This document shows, piece after piece, positions 40,796 to 50,839 of a stretch of 64,000 bases of DNA. The notes below the pieces were generated by a model. The model saw nothing but the letters and a program-made list of their open reading frames with translations, was not told where the DNA came from and did no database searches. A program made the position numbers and the translations under genes. Positions within the stretch are counted from its first letter, which is position 1. Each line of letters begins with the position of its first letter. The stretch is from Thermoproteota archaeon (GTDB lineage Archaea; Asgardarchaeota; Jordiarchaeia; Jordiarchaeales; Freyrarchaeaceae): the NCBI GenBank assembly GCA_029258835.1, contig JAPDJY010000008.1, positions 1 through 64,000 on the forward strand, written 5' to 3'.

Positions 40796-42973
40796 ATGCT
40801 TGTAAGGGAACTCGACCTGCCCGAGGTGGTGTTAAGTCTTCTAGAACAGTATGGGGTTAAATCCCTCTACCCTCCTCAAGAAGCGGCCGTAAGAGCCGGC
40901 TTGCTGAAAGGCGAAAACATGGTGCTGGCTGCCCCTACAGCATCAGGTAAAACCCTCGTGGCTGAGCTCTGCATGGTCAAGAAGGTTCTGGAGGGGGGAC
41001 GCGCCCTCTACCTGGTTCCTCTCCGTGCCCTTGCAAGTGAGAAATTTGAGGAGTTCTCGAAGTGGAGTAAGCTTGGTGTTAACGTTGGAATTTCCACTGG
41101 AGACTACGACTCTGCAGGGCATGACTTGGAGAAATATGATATTCTCGTCTGCACCAACGAGAAGGCTGATGCCTTAATGAGGCACGCCTCAGACTTCCTC
41201 CGCGGCGTTGAAGTTGTTGTGGCGGATGAAGTGCACGTCCTGAACGACCCTGACCGGGGTGCAACGCTTGAGGTCGTGCTCACCCGGCTGAAAAGGCTGA
41301 CCCGCGCTCAGCTTCTAGCGTTAAGTGCTACAATAGAGAATGCTGGAGAGATCAGTGATTGGATTCAAGGGAAACTCGTTTTCAGCGACTGGCGTCCCGT
41401 TCCACTTAAAGAAGGCGTCTTCCTTAAAAATCTCATAGAATTTAACGATGGAAGCAAATTGTACGTTGAAAGAGTAGGAAAAGATCCAGCCGTCGACTTG
41501 GCGTTTGACACCGTTAAGAATGGCGGGCAAGCGTTGATCTTCGAGTCAACTCGGAGGGGGGCTGTGGCTGCAGCTAACGCGGCTGCTCCCGCGGTATCTC
41601 GCATATTAAGTAGACATGAGAAGCGTGCCCTTAGGGAGGTTGCAAGAGAAGTGATTTCAAGCGGGGAGAAAACACGTATATCAGAGAAGCTATCATCCCT
41701 GATCGAGCGAGGGGTAGCCTTCCATCACGCTGGTTTAAGCTACTCTCAAAGGAAAATCGTTGAGGCAGGATTTAGAGGTAACTTAATTAAGGTTCTTTCT
41801 GCCACGCCGACTTTGGCTGCAGGTGTTAATCTCCCGGCAAGACGGGTGATCGTGAGAAACTACAAGAGAAGCGAGGGCTTCGGGAGGATACCTATACCCG
41901 TCTTTGAGTATAAGCAGATGGCTGGCAGGGCGGGAAGACCTAAGTACGACGCGGTTGGAGAAGCCGTTCTAATAGCTAAAAGCGAGAGAGAAAAATCCTT
42001 TCTCCTTAAGGAGTACGTGAATGGGAAAGCCGAGAAAGTTGAATCTAAGCTTTCATCGGAGAGGGCACTCAGGATACATTCCTTATCGGTAATCGCTTCG
42101 GAGCAGCCTTTGAGAGAGGAGGAACTTGTTAATTTTTTTGGTGAGACATTCTACGCGTGGCAGCGGGGGGGCTGCCTGCAGATCATCCCAACCCTTAAGG
42201 ATGTTTTGTCATTCCTCCTTGAAAATGGTTTTATAAAAATGGGAGATGGCATGATCGAATCATCCGTTCTTGGGAAACGTGTCTCTGAGCTTTACGTCGA
42301 CCCCCTGTCAGCCGTTAAAATTGTGAAGGGCTTAAAGTGTGAAAAAGAAATCTCTGAAATTGGCTACTTACACTTAATATGTAGCACTCCTGATATGCCT
42401 CAGCTTTACCTTGTAAGGAAAGATTACGTCTTCCTTCACAGGTTCGTGGAGGAAAACGAAGACTTATTCCTGACATCTATACCAGACTGCGACGCTGACC
42501 CAGTTGAATATGAATGGTTTCTCTCAGAGGTTAAGGGCGCCTTGCTTCTGAAGGAATGGATCGACGAGAGGGGAGAGGATCAAATAGTGGAACGCTTCGA
42601 CGTGGGTTCAGGTGACATCTACAGGATCGTCGAAAGCGCAGAGTGGTTAACATACGCCACATGTGAAATAGCTAAAGTACTTGGGATGCATGATAAGTTA
42701 AGCTTCCTGAGGGAGCTCAGGGAACGCATAAAGTATGGTGTTAAGAAGGAATTGTTGAATCTAGTAAGTCTAGAAGGAGTAGGGCGTGTTCGGGCCAGAA
42801 TACTTTTTAATGCAGGGATAAAGTCACCGGGAGACTTAGAGAAAACGCCTGTTGAGAGGCTGGCAAGCCTACCAACCATAGGCGAAAACCTAGCAAGGAA
42901 AATGAAAGCACACGTAGAAGGGAAAAAGGAGGTTAAGAGGCGCATCACCAAGCTTTCAGATTTTAAAGCATAG
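40796..42973 (+). CDS. hel308: Ski2-like DNA helicase Hel308/Hjm.
   Basis: DEVH-box helicase motifs (AAPTASGKT, DEVH) and a C-terminal HhH domain. Confidence 0.85.
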   Translation: MLVRELDLPEVVLSLLEQYGVKSLYPPQEAAVRAGLLKGENMVLAAPTASGKTLVAELCMVKKVLEGGRALYLVPLRALASEKFEEFSKWSKLGVNVGISTGDYDSAGHDLEKYDILVCTNEKADALMRHASDFLRGVEVVVADEVHVLNDPDRGATLEVVLTRLKRLTRAQLLALSATIENAGEISDWIQGKLVFSDWRPVPLKEGVFLKNLIEFNDGSKLYVERVGKDPAVDLAFDTVKNGGQALIFESTRRGAVAAANAAAPAVSRILSRHEKRALREVAREVISSGEKTRISEKLSSLIERGVAFHHAGLSYSQRKIVEAGFRGNLIKVLSATPTLAAGVNLPARRVIVRNYKRSEGFGRIPIPVFEYKQMAGRAGRPKYDAVGEAVLIAKSEREKSFLLKEYVNGKAEKVESKLSSERALRIHSLSVIASEQPLREEELVNFFGETFYAWQRGGCLQIIPTLKDVLSFLLENGFIKMGDGMIESSVLGKRVSELYVDPLSAVKIVKGLKCEKEISEIGYLHLICSTPDMPQLYLVRKDYVFLHRFVEENEDLFLTSIPDCDADPVEYEWFLSEVKGALLLKEWIDERGEDQIVERFDVGSGDIYRIVESAEWLTYATCEIAKVLGMHDKLSFLRELRERIKYGVKKELLNLVSLEGVGRVRARILFNAGIKSPGDLEKTPVERLASLPTIGENLARKMKAHVEGKKEVKRRITKLSDFKA

Positions 42974-43031
42974 TGGGAATCGTTAAGGGTCGCCCTAACG
43001 TGGAGTTTATGTGGCCTTCATCGTAGACTGG

Positions 43032-44225
43032 CTAGACGGGCAGCTTGGGCAGTTGCTCTAAGACGTAGTTTCTGATTTCTTGGGGGGATGGAAGCTCAGC
43101 CACTATTTCTCCATCTTTTATTAATGGCTGGAGCATTGCCTCCATTCTCATCCTACAGTTAGGGCATTCGGGTGGCGTGTCTCCTTTTGCCGGCTTTACA
43201 ACGTCAATTAGGCATTTCTCACATCTCCACAGCTGCTTCTTCCCACCCATTTTCCCTCTCTTAGCAACGGGCTTCCCTGAAATTTCAACTATGTCGAGGG
43301 CGAAGTCGATGACTGGGGAGTTACTACACCACGTTCCAACACCGAATCCGTCTGCTCCGGCCTCACTAAGTTCTTTTATCATGTCCTCGCTTATCCCCCC
43401 TGAAACGAATATTTTAACGTGCTTGTATCCTCTAACGTCCAACTCCCATCTAACCTCTCTTATTATTGCTGGAAAGTCTCCCCGCCTACTACTAGGCGTA
43501 TCCAAACGCACTCCCCATAGCCTATCACCCAACGCTTCCGCAGCCATTATCGACTCTGTTTTCTCATCATACCACGTGTCGCAAAGTGCAATTCTGGGAA
43601 TCTCCTTGGGCAAGACCTCGTCGAACGCCTTCCAAGCCTCAACCTGGCCTCCAAAAACTATTATAAGTGCATGCGGCATCGTCCCGCTAGGATTGATGCC
43701 TATCTGCTCTGCTCCCAGAACGCCCGAAACGCCATCTAAACCTCCAATGTAGCAGCAGTAGTCGATTAGAGGGCTGATCGCCGGGTGCATTCGTCTAATT
43801 CCAAAGGATAAAATTAGCTTGTCTGGGACAAGCTTACGCAGCCTTGCAGCAGAAGTTGCAATCCCTGAAGCTTGGCATATTAATCCAAGTAGCGGCGTCT
43901 CCAAATGGGCAAACTCGCCGTAAGCCCCCTCAACGTACATGACGGGTGCACGTACCCCCCTATAGTCTTCAGGTCTAAAAACACTTCCCTCAGGCATAGA
44001 GTAAACATCCACCGGGACGCCTTCGAAGAGCCTTGCCACCTCGGAAACCCCTGCTAGGACAGCCCACGGCCACCCTCTCGGAAGAGACCCAGACGTAACC
44101 TCCGCCACAACTCTAATGCCACTAAGACCCTTCGCCCTTAATACTTCGAGAGTTCTAAGAAAGTAAACGTCTGTTGTCTTCCCCGATTTTATTTCCTCAT
44201 CTGTTGCTACACGGAAAAGCCTCAT
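43032..44225 (-). CDS. Nicotinate phosphoribosyltransferase with a C-terminal zinc ribbon.
   Basis: N-terminal NAPRTase motif …VATDEEIKSGKTTDVYF… and a C-terminal CEKC…CPNC. Confidence 0.75.
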   Translation of the reverse strand: MRLFRVATDEEIKSGKTTDVYFLRTLEVLRAKGLSGIRVVAEVTSGSLPRGWPWAVLAGVSEVARLFEGVPVDVYSMPEGSVFRPEDYRGVRAPVMYVEGAYGEFAHLETPLLGLICQASGIATSAARLRKLVPDKLILSFGIRRMHPAISPLIDYCCYIGGLDGVSGVLGAEQIGINPSGTMPHALIIVFGGQVEAWKAFDEVLPKEIPRIALCDTWYDEKTESIMAAEALGDRLWGVRLDTPSSRRGDFPAIIREVRWELDVRGYKHVKIFVSGGISEDMIKELSEAGADGFGVGTWCSNSPVIDFALDIVEISGKPVAKRGKMGGKKQLWRCEKCLIDVVKPAKGDTPPECPNCRMRMEAMLQPLIKDGEIVAELPSPQEIRNYVLEQLPKLPV

Positions 44226-44238
44226 AACAATCACCGCT

Positions 44239-45288
44239 TTAAAAGCTCCAATAAGGCTTAAGAGCATGCTTAACTTCTTCAACTCTTCCCTTAACCCTCT
44301 CCAAACCTATGCTTTCAACTTCCTTATCTCCCCATTCTCTGTCTATCCCAGCGAGTACGCACAGCATATTGGCTAAACTTCTCGGTATAGCTGACAAGCT
44401 GTACCCCCCCTCCAGCATAAAAACTATTTTTCCCCCAAACCTTCCTGCGACGTTTAAAAGAAGCTCGGCAATCCTACGGTGCCCAACAGAGGTAAGCCTC
44501 ATCATCGTTATTGGATCAGAGTAGTGCGTGTCAAAACCCACGGAGACCAAAATGAACTCAGGCTTGTAATCGTCTGCTAGGGGGATAAGTACTTCCTCAA
44601 GCGCATACATGTACTCTCGATCTCCAGTCCTAGACGGCAAGGGGACATTAACGGTATATCCCTCTCCATCTCCTACTCCAACCTCTTCAAGCCACCCCGT
44701 ACCTGGATATATACCCCACTGGTGAAGGCTCAAGTATAGGACGTTTGGAGATGAATAGAAAGAGTTCTGGGTTCCATTGCCATGATGGCAGTCTACGTCG
44801 ACTATCAGAACACGCTTAACTCCCTCGCGAAGAAGGGTGTGAGCTGCAATAGCAATGTTGTTAAATATACAGAATCCATGTCCGCTCCTCCTCTCCGCGT
44901 GGTGCCCCGGAGGCCTGACGAGGGCGAATGCATTCTTAAATTCCCCTGAAGCAACCTTCCTAGCAGCCAGGATTCCTCCTCCAGCAGCCCTCAACGCGAC
45001 CTCGTAACTCCCCCTAGTAACCACTGTGTCAGGGTCAAGCATTCCACCACCCCTATCAGAAATCCTGTGAACGTACTCTATGTACTCCAAGTCATGGTTT
45101 AACGCTACGTCGTCGACGGTTGCCCTTTCAGGTTCAAGCAGGGAAATATCTGAAGAGCTTAAAAGCCCGTTCTCCCTCAAGAACTGCATTATAGCCTCTA
45201 GACGCCTCCTATTTTCAGGATGATCGTCAACCCCATGCTCAAGATACTCAGAATGATAAATCAACGCAGTCCTAGCCAACCCAACCAC
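44239..45288 (-). CDS. Histone-deacetylase/acetoin-utilisation (AcuC/HDAC class) family deacetylase.
   Basis: HDAC fold motifs (…GFCIFNN…, D-x-H metal ligands). Confidence 0.8.
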   Translation of the reverse strand: MVGLARTALIYHSEYLEHGVDDHPENRRRLEAIMQFLRENGLLSSSDISLLEPERATVDDVALNHDLEYIEYVHRISDRGGGMLDPDTVVTRGSYEVALRAAGGGILAARKVASGEFKNAFALVRPPGHHAERRSGHGFCIFNNIAIAAHTLLREGVKRVLIVDVDCHHGNGTQNSFYSSPNVLYLSLHQWGIYPGTGWLEEVGVGDGEGYTVNVPLPSRTGDREYMYALEEVLIPLADDYKPEFILVSVGFDTHYSDPITMMRLTSVGHRRIAELLLNVAGRFGGKIVFMLEGGYSLSAIPRSLANMLCVLAGIDREWGDKEVESIGLERVKGRVEEVKHALKPYWSF

Positions 45289-45495
45289 CAGTGAAAACTA
45301 TTGGTTTTAACCATACTTTGGTCAATACCACTTTAAACCTTACCCATTAATAGACTCTTCAGAAGCGCAAAATACTGTTAAATTTCTTACTTCAACCTTT
45401 TTTTATTCTTAATAGATCATTGACAAACCTTCCCAAACCAAACTATTTTCTCTAATTTTCCTTTAAAATGTCTTCTATTTCTCCTAGTAACCTAG

Positions 45496-45727
45496 CTACT
45501 TTCTGTCCTTTTTTCGGTAAGCTTATAAAAAACGCGGTAAAAGGTAATCTTGCTCCAGCTCCTTTTTTTAATTAGGCCAGCTTTTATCAGCTTACTAATT
45601 GTCGTTAATGTTGCATTGGGGTTTCCTCCAAGTCGACGCACTACATCAGTACTTTTAACTTCTCATATTGACTAAGCAAATGTATAATTTGAACCGCTCT
45701 AGCTCGCTCAAGAATAGCTGCCTTCAT
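45496..45727 (-). pseudogene. Small winged-helix transcription regulator disrupted by a 1-nt frameshift at an A4 homopolymer.
   Basis: MKAAILERARAVQIIHLLSQYEKLKVLM* runs from 45727 to 45641. In the +1 frame it continues as STDVVRRLGGNPNATLTTISKLIKAGLIKKRSWSKITFYRVFYKLTEKRTESS* down to 45496. Confidence 0.4.
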
Positions 45728-45827
45728 AATTGAAAAAAATAAAATGCAACAGATGGATTTTTCTTTTCAAAAAAGATATTTCAATACTAATAAATAAAAT
45801 ACAATACTATATTATACTATCGAAAAC

Positions 45828-46174
45828 TTGCTGTTATCAGCGACTGTAGATTATAGTCTTGGCGAGAAAGTTGCTACACGGATTCCTATACCAGTAACAT
45901 ACAACAATTTGCTGATGATAGGTGTGATCGTATCCATACTCGGCGTAACCCTCATAGTTATCGGTGTTCTCGGCGTAGGCGTAAAAAAGAAAGCTACAAC
46001 ATCGCCACCTACAGTGCAACCGCCGACTACTCCTCCATCACCTACATTCCTACGGAGCTCTCAACACAACTTCCATCAGCTGTTCCAGCAACCAAATATT
46101 GTCCCTACTGTGGAGCACAGCTACCACTAGGCGCCACCTACTGTCCAAATTGCGGAAAACAAGCTACCTCATAA
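45828..46174 (+). CDS. Small membrane protein with a TM helix, a Pro/Thr-rich linker and a C-terminal zinc ribbon. The zinc ribbon is reached only by a -1 frameshift near 46047..46050.
   Basis: Frame 0 gives the TM helix and a PPTVQPPTTPPSPTF linker. Frame 2 continues as PTELSTQLPSAVPATKYCPYCGAQLPLGATYCPNCGKQATS* and ends at 46174. Confidence 0.4.
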
Positions 46175-46473
46175 CCTTCCTCCTTCACAGCCTCTTTTCT
46201 TTTTTAGTTTTATTAGCTTTAAGACAGCTTAATTGGATGATGTTCAAGCTAAATTTTATTTTTCATTTTCAAAAATAGCCGTGTGGAGCTTTACGGTAGT
46301 AAGAAAACAAAGTTGGGTTAGGATGAGCCATGAGTGTGGAAGCCTCTCTCTAAACAGCCCCCTAAACTAAATCAAATCTAACTCCCCATCAAAGTCAGGG
46401 AAAGAGAAAATGTTATAAGTGTAAATCTTGGTATTTTCCTCTCCCACGAAAAACGTGAAGATGAAGGTAATGT

Positions 46474-46659
46474 TGGTGGGGGCGCCGAGATTTGAACTCG
46501 GGACCGCTTACGCGTCAGTTTGACTAAACTGCTCTGCGCCCCAGGCAGGACTTATGCCCCTTCATCTAGAAGGGTATTGTACCCCGGGATAGGGAGCTAC
46601 CGGGCTCATACCAGGCTCCCCTATCAGAGGTTTTCCTCTGATATCTAGACCACGCCCCC
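46474..46659 (-). tRNA. tRNA-Pro(GGG) gene of 186 nt containing about 110 nt of multiple non-canonical introns.
   Basis: The 5' acceptor GGGGGCG-UG-GUCUAG and the 3' CCGAG-UUCAAAU-CUCGG-CGCCCCC-A-CCA are intact. The anticodon arm CCUGC-CUGGGGC-GCAG|G forms a perfect 5-bp stem only after removing gene positions 127..152 (46508..46533). Further introns are proposed at 46616..46644 and 46551..46604. The D-arm reconstruction remains imperfect. Confidence 0.6.
46508..46533 (-). other. tRNA-Pro intron between positions 42 and 43 (relaxed BHB).
   Basis: Helix gcgc:gcgu, bulges aga and aag. Excision yields the 3' anticodon stem GCAGG followed by the variable loop CGGUC. Confidence 0.55.
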
Positions 46660-46757
46660 ACATTACCAGTTTAAAAGTATGCTTAGCCGATTTTTATGTT
46701 TTGCTGTTTTGTTCCTTGCCGCTCCTTCTTTTGGACTTGTCCCCTCTTCTGGTTTTT

Positions 46758-48050
46758 CTAGCGTTCTCCTCTTCCGATGCCCTTGTAGATTAATCCTATC
46801 TTCTTCGCTTTTTCTTTGTCGTAGATGTTGCGTCCGTCAACTAATACTTTGATACCTTTCTCCTTTAGGTACTCTAATTTTATCTCTTTAAACTCTGGGT
46901 GGTCTGTCACTAGGACAACGCAGACGCTGCCTTCCAAGGCGCTATTAAGGTCGTGGCAATTTGACATTTCAGGAATGTATGGGTCAAAGATCTTCAGCTC
47001 CCCCCCCATCCTTCTTAACTCATCGATTATCCTGAGTGCTGGGCTGTTTCGGTGGTCTCCTACCCCGCCCTTGTATGCCACTCCAAGGACGGTTATTACG
47101 GTGTTTTTTACGCTCTGCCCGATCTCGTTGAGTCCTCTAACCACTTTCTCAATGACGTATCCCGGCATACTATCGTTTATGACCCTAGCCAGCCTGAGGA
47201 ATTGGTGGGAAAAGTTCACCTCGCTAGCCTTGTCTATAAGGTAGTAGGGATCTACGGCTATGCAGTGTCCCCCCACCCCCGCCCCAGGATAGTGCACCAT
47301 AAATCCGAATGGTTTCGTTGATGCTGCCCTCAATACTTCAACGATGTCTATTCCAAGTATGTCGAACGCTTTTGCAAGCTCATTTACGAATGCTATGTTA
47401 ATGTCCCTGAAAGCGTTTTCAACAAGCTTCACGGCCTCAGCCACACGGGCAGAACTAACGGTGAATATTTCAGCGTCTAGGATAGATCTATAGAATGCTT
47501 CTGCTCTCTTTAGGCTCTCCTCGTCTACTCCTCCTATCACCCGGGGAATGTTACTTATATTCCATTTTTTATTTCCCGGATCGATTCGTTCAGGGCAATG
47601 AGCCAGATAAAAGTCCCTTCCACATTTTTTCCCGCTTTTTTCTAGGATTGGGCGAAGAATGCCCTCAGTTGTCCCAGGGTAGACCGTCGACTCAACGACG
47701 ATCAGCTTTCCCCTCTCTCCTCTAGCCAGCCCCTCCGCAATCGTTTTTGATGCAGATATTAAATAACTTAAGTCAGGGTGCTTGTTCACGTCCACTGGAG
47801 TTGGAACGCAAATGAGAATGACGTCAGAAACCTTAGCTGCTTCCACCCCGTTAAGTGAAACTTCAATTTTGCAGTTTTTTAACATTCCCTCCACGTTTTT
47901 GTCTTTAACAGGGCTAATTCCTCTCCTGATCATGGCTATTTTTGCTTCATCAGAGTCCACGCCTATCACTTTATATCCCTTCCTGCTGCATAAAAGCGCG
48001 AGAGGCAAACCTACATGGCCAAGTCCAAAAACCGAGACTGTTCTTCTCAT
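46758..48050 (-). CDS. UDP-glucose/GDP-mannose 6-dehydrogenase family (nucleotide-sugar dehydrogenase).
   Basis: N-terminal motif VFGLGHVGLPLA and a catalytic Cys region. Confidence 0.85.
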   Translation of the reverse strand: MRRTVSVFGLGHVGLPLALLCSRKGYKVIGVDSDEAKIAMIRRGISPVKDKNVEGMLKNCKIEVSLNGVEAAKVSDVILICVPTPVDVNKHPDLSYLISASKTIAEGLARGERGKLIVVESTVYPGTTEGILRPILEKSGKKCGRDFYLAHCPERIDPGNKKWNISNIPRVIGGVDEESLKRAEAFYRSILDAEIFTVSSARVAEAVKLVENAFRDINIAFVNELAKAFDILGIDIVEVLRAASTKPFGFMVHYPGAGVGGHCIAVDPYYLIDKASEVNFSHQFLRLARVINDSMPGYVIEKVVRGLNEIGQSVKNTVITVLGVAYKGGVGDHRNSPALRIIDELRRMGGELKIFDPYIPEMSNCHDLNSALEGSVCVVLVTDHPEFKEIKLEYLKEKGIKVLVDGRNIYDKEKAKKIGLIYKGIGRGER

Positions 48051-48193
48051 CAAGGATGCTTCCTCCATAGTGGAATCTAGGACGAATGTTCTCTAGCATT
48101 TCTCAGGTTACTATTAAATTGTGAACCTTAACTTAAAGGTTCTATTATAGGAAAGCATAAACTCAACGTGACACTTGTGTAACCTAGTAACAA

Positions 48194-49267
48194 TCAGTTT
48201 TCGTTTAGAAAATCGTAAACGACTTCTTTGATTACCTTGATGGGATCCTCCATTTCTTCCATCACTTTTTCCGCTTTCTTTCTATGTTGCCTAAGGTAGT
48301 ATGATGGTTTGTTCAGGATCTGCGCGGCTATTTGAATGGCTTCTTCATCTGTCCGAGGATGGTAGAGAAGGCCTTTTTGGATAAGTGGAACTTCAACACT
48401 TGGAACTCTGGGATGTAACGAGATGGCTGGAATGCCTAAGAGGGCTGCCTCCCAAGTCATGGTTCCACCAGCACCAACAAACAAAATGCTATAATAGAGG
48501 AGGCTTGCCCCGTCGACGACCCTCTTAGGAATGATAATTCTCCTGTTTCCTCTAGGCTTTTTGCTTCTTCTCCCGTATCTCTGCAGCACTACAATCCGTG
48601 CCTCTTCGTCTAAGTCAAGAATAGCATTCACAACTTTTTCTATCGGGCTAAACTCGTCTTCTCCAAAGTTTAATGCGTATGACGCTTGCACTTCAAGTGT
48701 TCTAGCTACGACAATCTTGTCGCTCCTACTTAGGTGTAGCTCCTTTAGAACCCGCTCGTTGGGTGAAAATTCTTTAAGCCATGCCACCGGGTCAATGGCC
48801 CTGTACGTCACGATTTTGTCCTTCACGGCGCCAAGTTTAATCCATTCATCTAAAGGAATGAAGCTTGGCGTGACGAGGACCGCTGATAAAGGGATAGTCA
48901 GTAAACCTACTGCAGTTGAATGCGGTGCGTCGCAAATAGCTATGTGGGGGATCGCAAGTCCAAAGGCAACCCGTGCAGCCTCGGGCGAGCAAAAGGACAC
49001 CGCTACTTTAATATCTCTTTTTGAAACGAGACAGGCTAGCTTTTCAACGCGCTGCGCACTAGCCAAAAGCTTGCCGAGAAGCGTTCTCCCTCCATGTCTT
49101 CCAACAACCAGACCTCTAACACCCTTAATTTTCATTAATTCGTTGGCTTCACGATACCGTCTAGTAGTAACCAGAACCGGTACGCCATCTTTTTTTAACT
49201 CGTTGATAAGCCTGAAGAAGAAGAGCACTTGCTTTGGAGTTAAGATGTCAATCCACACGCTCAACAA
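48194..49267 (-). CDS. Uncharacterised GT-B-like protein (DUF354-like).
   Basis: 357 aa, beginning MLSVWIDILTPKQVLFF…, located next to the nucleotide-sugar dehydrogenase. Confidence 0.35.
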   Translation of the reverse strand: MLSVWIDILTPKQVLFFFRLINELKKDGVPVLVTTRRYREANELMKIKGVRGLVVGRHGGRTLLGKLLASAQRVEKLACLVSKRDIKVAVSFCSPEAARVAFGLAIPHIAICDAPHSTAVGLLTIPLSAVLVTPSFIPLDEWIKLGAVKDKIVTYRAIDPVAWLKEFSPNERVLKELHLSRSDKIVVARTLEVQASYALNFGEDEFSPIEKVVNAILDLDEEARIVVLQRYGRRSKKPRGNRRIIIPKRVVDGASLLYYSILFVGAGGTMTWEAALLGIPAISLHPRVPSVEVPLIQKGLLYHPRTDEEAIQIAAQILNKPSYYLRQHRKKAEKVMEEMEDPIKVIKEVVYDFLNEN

Positions 49268-49394
49268 TTACTCCTCCGATGGAACAATTCGAAGCCCATC
49301 GGTCCTAAAATCACCATTTTCAACTTGAAATATAAGGATGGTAGAGGATGAAGGATTTAAGGCGCATCCTCCTTAATGACTCCTAATGAAGCAT

Positions 49395-50650
49395 TTACGT
49401 TTCTATTTTCTGTATGGGCCGTTGTAATGCTTCCTCTGCAATCTCTTTAAGTTCTTCCTCGGAAATTCCCTTCCTAATTTCCCTTAGAAGGTATTTAATT
49501 TTTGAAAGTGTTTCCTTTGTGAACACTTTTCCTTTTTTTTCCTGAAGCTCCTTAACTTTTCTAACTATCTCTCTAAGTTGCTCCTCCGTGACGTTCATCC
49601 CTACTTTTCTTAGCATGTAACGTATTGCCCCACTTCCGGTAAATTTACCTAAGAAAAACTCCGTCCTCCTTCCTATCGACTCTGGAGGGATAGGCTGATA
49701 CGTCAGTTTATGGTTTAAGAGAGCTCTAACATGGATTCCACTTTCATGGCTAAACGCATTCGCTCCAACCAGCGGCTTATGAATAGGTATTGGTATACCA
49801 AAGTACCGTTCAACTAGTAGGGAGAGCTCATAAATCCTCTCAAGTTTTATCCCCGTCTTCACTCCGTAAAGTGTTTCAAGCGCCACTACAACCTCTTCGA
49901 AGGCTGCGTTCCCTGCCCTTTCACCGTACCCATTCACGCAAGTATGAGGATATAGCACTCCTTCCTCGACTGCTGCTAACGTGTTCGCGGTTGCTAGACC
50001 GAGGTCATTATGGCAGTGAACTGCAAAGTCCACCTGGCTTGGCCTTAACCTTTCCCGTAGCTCGCTTACCAAATACTTAGTTGAAAGCGGACGCAGGACG
50101 CCAACAGTATCCGCGATTATTATCTTTTTCGCTCCTGCTTCTACAGCTGCCTTGGAGAAGAAAGTTAAATCCTCGATCCTCGCACGGGAAGCATCCTCGG
50201 CGACGAAGTCCACTTTTATACCGTGATCTGATGCATATGATATGGCATTAGATAAGGTTTCTACTGCCTCATGTGGCTCTTTGTTTAAGGAGAACTTCAG
50301 CATAAGCCTGCTTACCGGCATGAAGATAGGTACCTCATCGACGTCGCAGCTTATACAAAGGTCGATGTCGCTCTTTTTAGGTCTAGCAGGTGCTGCCACC
50401 AGCGCATTGCTCATTCCTTCATTAGCCACTCTTCTCACAGCTTCCTGCTCAGATCTTGAGACTGCAGGGTACCCCGCAACAACCACGCTTACTCCGATCT
50501 CATCTAAAGCCTTTGCAATCTCAACCTTTTCATCAATTGTAAGAAAAACTCCTGGTGTTTGTTCCCCGTCCCTCAGCGTTTCATCCCATATGTAAACTCT
50601 TTCAGGAAGCGTAGGCGGCAACGTCTCCACACGTTTGTTATAGTTCTCTA
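49395..50650 (-). CDS. Second DRE-TIM metallolyase, 2-isopropylmalate/(R)-citramalate synthase family.
   Basis: LRDGEQ and HCHND motifs. It lacks the RAM domain. The start is placed at the GTG at 50650, and the ORF-track N-terminal 12 aa are probably not translated. Confidence 0.7.
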
Positions 50651-50839
50651 CGAGTCCTTCACTATTTTCAAGGAGCATTAAGTTCACATCCGTCCCTAGC
50701 TAGTTCACATTAGGGATGAAACTTTAAAAGTTTTTATGAGGCAACAAGACATTTGAACGTTAAAGCCACTTTAAGTCTTAAGAGGGGCGTCACACTTAAA
50801 GTTCATTGCCCAGTTCCATTACCTCGAGAAGGTGGTAGC

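Noticed and set aside
46474-46659. The duplicated TCTAGAT element in the tRNA-Pro gene, considered as a splice junction or exon duplication.
   Set aside because: I tested all registers of helix-bulge pairing through the two palindromic copies. None gave a product with a D-loop or D-stem.
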